DNA from: Barthelona sp. PCE
Lineage: Eukaryota
Direction of reading: 5' to 3'
Assembly (NCBI GenBank): GCA_040285745.1
Contig: JAUFOR010000003.1
Span: 682,001 to 746,000 of the forward strand
DNA length: 64,000 nucleotides
Under the pieces are notes generated by a model. It was not told the DNA's origin. It made no database searches and saw only the letters and a program-made list of their open reading frames with translations. The translations under genes and the position numbers were made by a program. Numbering within the stretch: the first letter of the stretch is position 1; the number at the start of each line of letters is the position of its first letter. Below, in pieces: positions 61,588 to 64,000 of this stretch.

Positions 61588-63999
61588 TTACTCTGACTGG
61601 GCTGACGTCAGTACGTGCTCAAACACGCTGCTCAAGTTCGGCTGGTACGTTGACCAGAACTCAAAGCCCTCATTTGCATCGATAACACTCTTTAGCTCAG
61701 AGAAAAGATCTTCAATTTCATTGTAATCGTCTCTTTTCAACAAGAAGCTGTAACTATTAAACATAGAGCGGATCAACATTGCTTCAGGGAAGTTTTCTTT
61801 AAAGATTGCTAAAGCTGCATCGGTGCATGTAAGATCAACCTTATAACCTTGCCCAAACTTCTCTTTGAGCTCCACAGGCTTACCAAAGACCTGAACCTTA
61901 CCCTTTCCAAGTAAAATGATGTCGGTAGCAAGACTTTCAGCTTCGCTTAACGAATGTGTGCTACTGATAATAATACGATCTTTTTTAACAAAACCATGGA
62001 CAAACTGAGTCAGAAACTCACAGTTTTCAACGTCTAAACCTGTTGAAATCTCATCCATGAAGATATAGCGTGGGTTGCCGACAAAACCAGTTGCTGTCGC
62101 CAACCTGCGTTTCATTCCACCAGAGTATTCCCCTGCCTTCTTATCTTTGTGCTCTAACAAGTCAACACCATTCAATAAGAATTCTATATGTTCGGGAATG
62201 TCCTCCTCTTTCATACCCTTCAACCTACAGTAAAACTGAAGATTTTCGAAACCAGTGAGCTCGTCATAAACACACGCGCGGTTGTCCTGTGGTACGAAGT
62301 TAATATCAATGTTTGACTCATCCTGATAAGTCTGCTTTCCAAAATAGATAGATCCTGATGTTATAGAGTTAATACCACAAAGTGACTGAATGAACGTTGT
62401 CTTGCCGGCAGCTGATGCACCCAGCAAACCATACACGTGACCAGCCTCAAATACACAACTGATACGATCGTTGGCCGGATCTCCATGTGTAGTGTATTTC
62501 TTAGTGACGTCTAAAGCAATAATCTTGTTTTTCAGATCCCCTCTCATGAGGCATTCGATAGCTCTCTCTTTTTGTGCAACAGCAGTCTCGTAATCCACGA
62601 CAGAATCTTCGGGAACATAACTAGTAGTGTTAGCAATTGCTATTGACTCCGCAATCGGTTTAACCAATTGTCTGCGTGTCTCTGTGCGGGCAATTAAGTA
62701 ACTTAGCACCGATAAGATCGCAGTATTGATGAATAACGCAAAGAAATTTCTGCCGAATCTAGTGTCAAAATCAAAAATACCATTCAGAGACAGAGGATCC
62801 TGTTCAACGGATAAGTTCATACCGATTGCCTTCAGACAGCCAAGGATAGACTGTGAGGGAAGTACAAAAAGTGAAAATGCAAACTGATCCTCACCTAAAA
62901 ATATAAACCTGATGACATTTGCAATATCACTTGAGATGAAAACCCATATATACGCAAAGAGGGTACCAGTGTTGGTCTTTTTAAAGAATCTGGAAAACAA
63001 ACATGAAACTGCTACTGCATTAATACCCACCATGATGAAAAGTGCAATAAAGACAAAAAACGAAGATTTCATCAAGTAATCAAGACCGTATAGCCAACCT
63101 ATGGCGTATGTGAATAGATATAGGACGAAAGAAAACATAAAAAAGAAAAGTAAAGTAGGCTTGTAATAAGTTTTCAACCCAACAGTCTTTAAGAGCTGTG
63201 TCATTCCCCTCTCCCTTTCGTAAAGCAGTGCGTAAACGATGACTGCGCAGGGGAACTGCAATAGAAAGAGCATGAAACCTGGTAGCGCGGCACGTGACAC
63301 ATCAAGTGAAGTTGTGTAGTTGTGATGAGGAAACTGGCGCATCGTAGGGATAGATATGGGCGGAAGATCCGAAATATACTGCATGTGCAAAGCATGGAAC
63401 ATACCAACTCCCGTGAACAACAGACTTTGCTCATAAGCTTTCTTAAACCGACGATTATATCCTATTGTGATATTTAACTCCTGCTTTTCCTTACTGTATC
63501 CGTAAAATTCAACTGAAGTTTGTATGCTTTGCCATTTATGCCAACCAATCACATCATAAAACCATTTGTTCATCGATAAAGTCGTATCATACTCCGTTGT
63601 GTCAAGATTGCTGACCTTATTCTTGGACAGGTAGTGCGGGAAATCACCCATTAACCCACCAGAATATGTATCGTTGAAGTAGTAAATACTTCCAATTTCA
63701 GATGCGTTTCCTCCGTTATATGCGATAGGAAGATTCCAATAGTCTGCAAACAGAGGCAGCGGTGGCGGGTGCTTATCCTCAAGCTGCAAATCCTGGGTGT
63801 ACTCGTCAGCTAAATTCTGCAAAAAAGGAATCATTGTTAAAAGTAACAAAGGAAGTAAGATTTGGACAACTAAAGATGCTCTCTGGCGTCTTTGGAATAC
63901 CCACAGTTTCCTTAACATTGCAAAAAACTGCCTTTTGTTGTTTGGAGTGAAAGACTCATCCTCTGATTCATTTTTCTTTAGTAAAGGTACTGTGTCACC
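61588..63999 (-). CDS. ABC transporter, subfamily A (5'-truncated by the window)
   Basis: YERERG TMD motif, Walker A GASAAGKTT, YSGGMKRRL, DEISTGLD, STHSLSEAE and LKEKFGQGY. The frame stays open from 63918 to the window edge (GDTVPLL...RQFFAMLRK). Confidence 0.92.
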   Translation of the reverse strand, partial: GDTVPLLKKNESEDESFTPNNKRQFFAMLRKLWVFQRRQRASLVVQILLPLLLLTMIPFLQNLADEYTQDLQLEDKHPPPLPLFADYWNLPIAYNGGNASEIGSIYYFNDTYSGGLMGDFPHYLSKNKVSNLDTTEYDTTLSMNKWFYDVIGWHKWQSIQTSVEFYGYSKEKQELNITIGYNRRFKKAYEQSLLFTGVGMFHALHMQYISDLPPISIPTMRQFPHHNYTTSLDVSRAALPGFMLFLLQFPCAVIVYALLYERERGMTQLLKTVGLKTYYKPTLLFFFMFSFVLYLFTYAIGWLYGLDYLMKSSFFVFIALFIMVGINAVAVSCLFSRFFKKTNTGTLFAYIWVFISSDIANVIRFIFLGEDQFAFSLFVLPSQSILGCLKAIGMNLSVEQDPLSLNGIFDFDTRFGRNFFALFINTAILSVLSYLIARTETRRQLVKPIAESIAIANTTSYVPEDSVVDYETAVAQKERAIECLMRGDLKNKIIALDVTKKYTTHGDPANDRISCVFEAGHVYGLLGASAAGKTTFIQSLCGINSITSGSIYFGKQTYQDESNIDINFVPQDNRACVYDELTGFENLQFYCRLKGMKEEDIPEHIEFLLNGVDLLEHKDKKAGEYSGGMKRRLATATGFVGNPRYIFMDEISTGLDVENCEFLTQFVHGFVKKDRIIISSTHSLSEAESLATDIILLGKGKVQVFGKPVELKEKFGQGYKVDLTCTDAALAIFKENFPEAMLIRSMFNSYSFLLKRDDYNEIEDLFSELKSVIDANEGFEFWSTYQPNLSSVFEHVLTSAQSE

Positions 64000-64000
64000 T

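Noticed and set aside
1-64000. Alternative genetic code or stop-codon reassignment
   Set aside because: TAA, TAG and TGA each end genes at positions consistent with their families, and a 9,250-codon ORF is open under the standard code.

Overview
Eukaryotic nuclear DNA from a very gene-dense, intron-poor flagellated protist, read with the standard genetic code. A metamonad is my inference, from the intron style, the polyadenylation-like signals and bacterial-type enzymes. About 24 protein genes are packed with gaps as small as 6 bp and one 53-bp coding overlap. They include two exosome RNase PH subunits, SF3B6, RPL13, a SURF6-like, VPS37, FHIP, ODR4, ERMP1, a FANCM/Hef helicase-nuclease, an ERMARD-like twin-HEPN protein, a CCP deglutamylase, androglobin-like and CCDC24-like proteins, MalY/PatB, HlyIII, a START protein, a DMT transporter and a partial ABCA. 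The window is dominated by one uninterrupted 27.8-kb ORF (about 9,250 aa, about 1 MDa). It encodes a predicted surface receptor or adhesin: signal peptide, about 23 degenerate beta-helical super-repeats, Pmp-like repeats, Cys-rich repeats and a multi-pass membrane domain. Other highlights are a 40-nt spliceosomal intron with a fused branch point and 3' splice site, and an apparently intact ERCC4 nuclease on FANCM. All family calls are by-eye motif recognition, not database searches. I recognised no rRNA, tRNA, CRISPR or mobile element.
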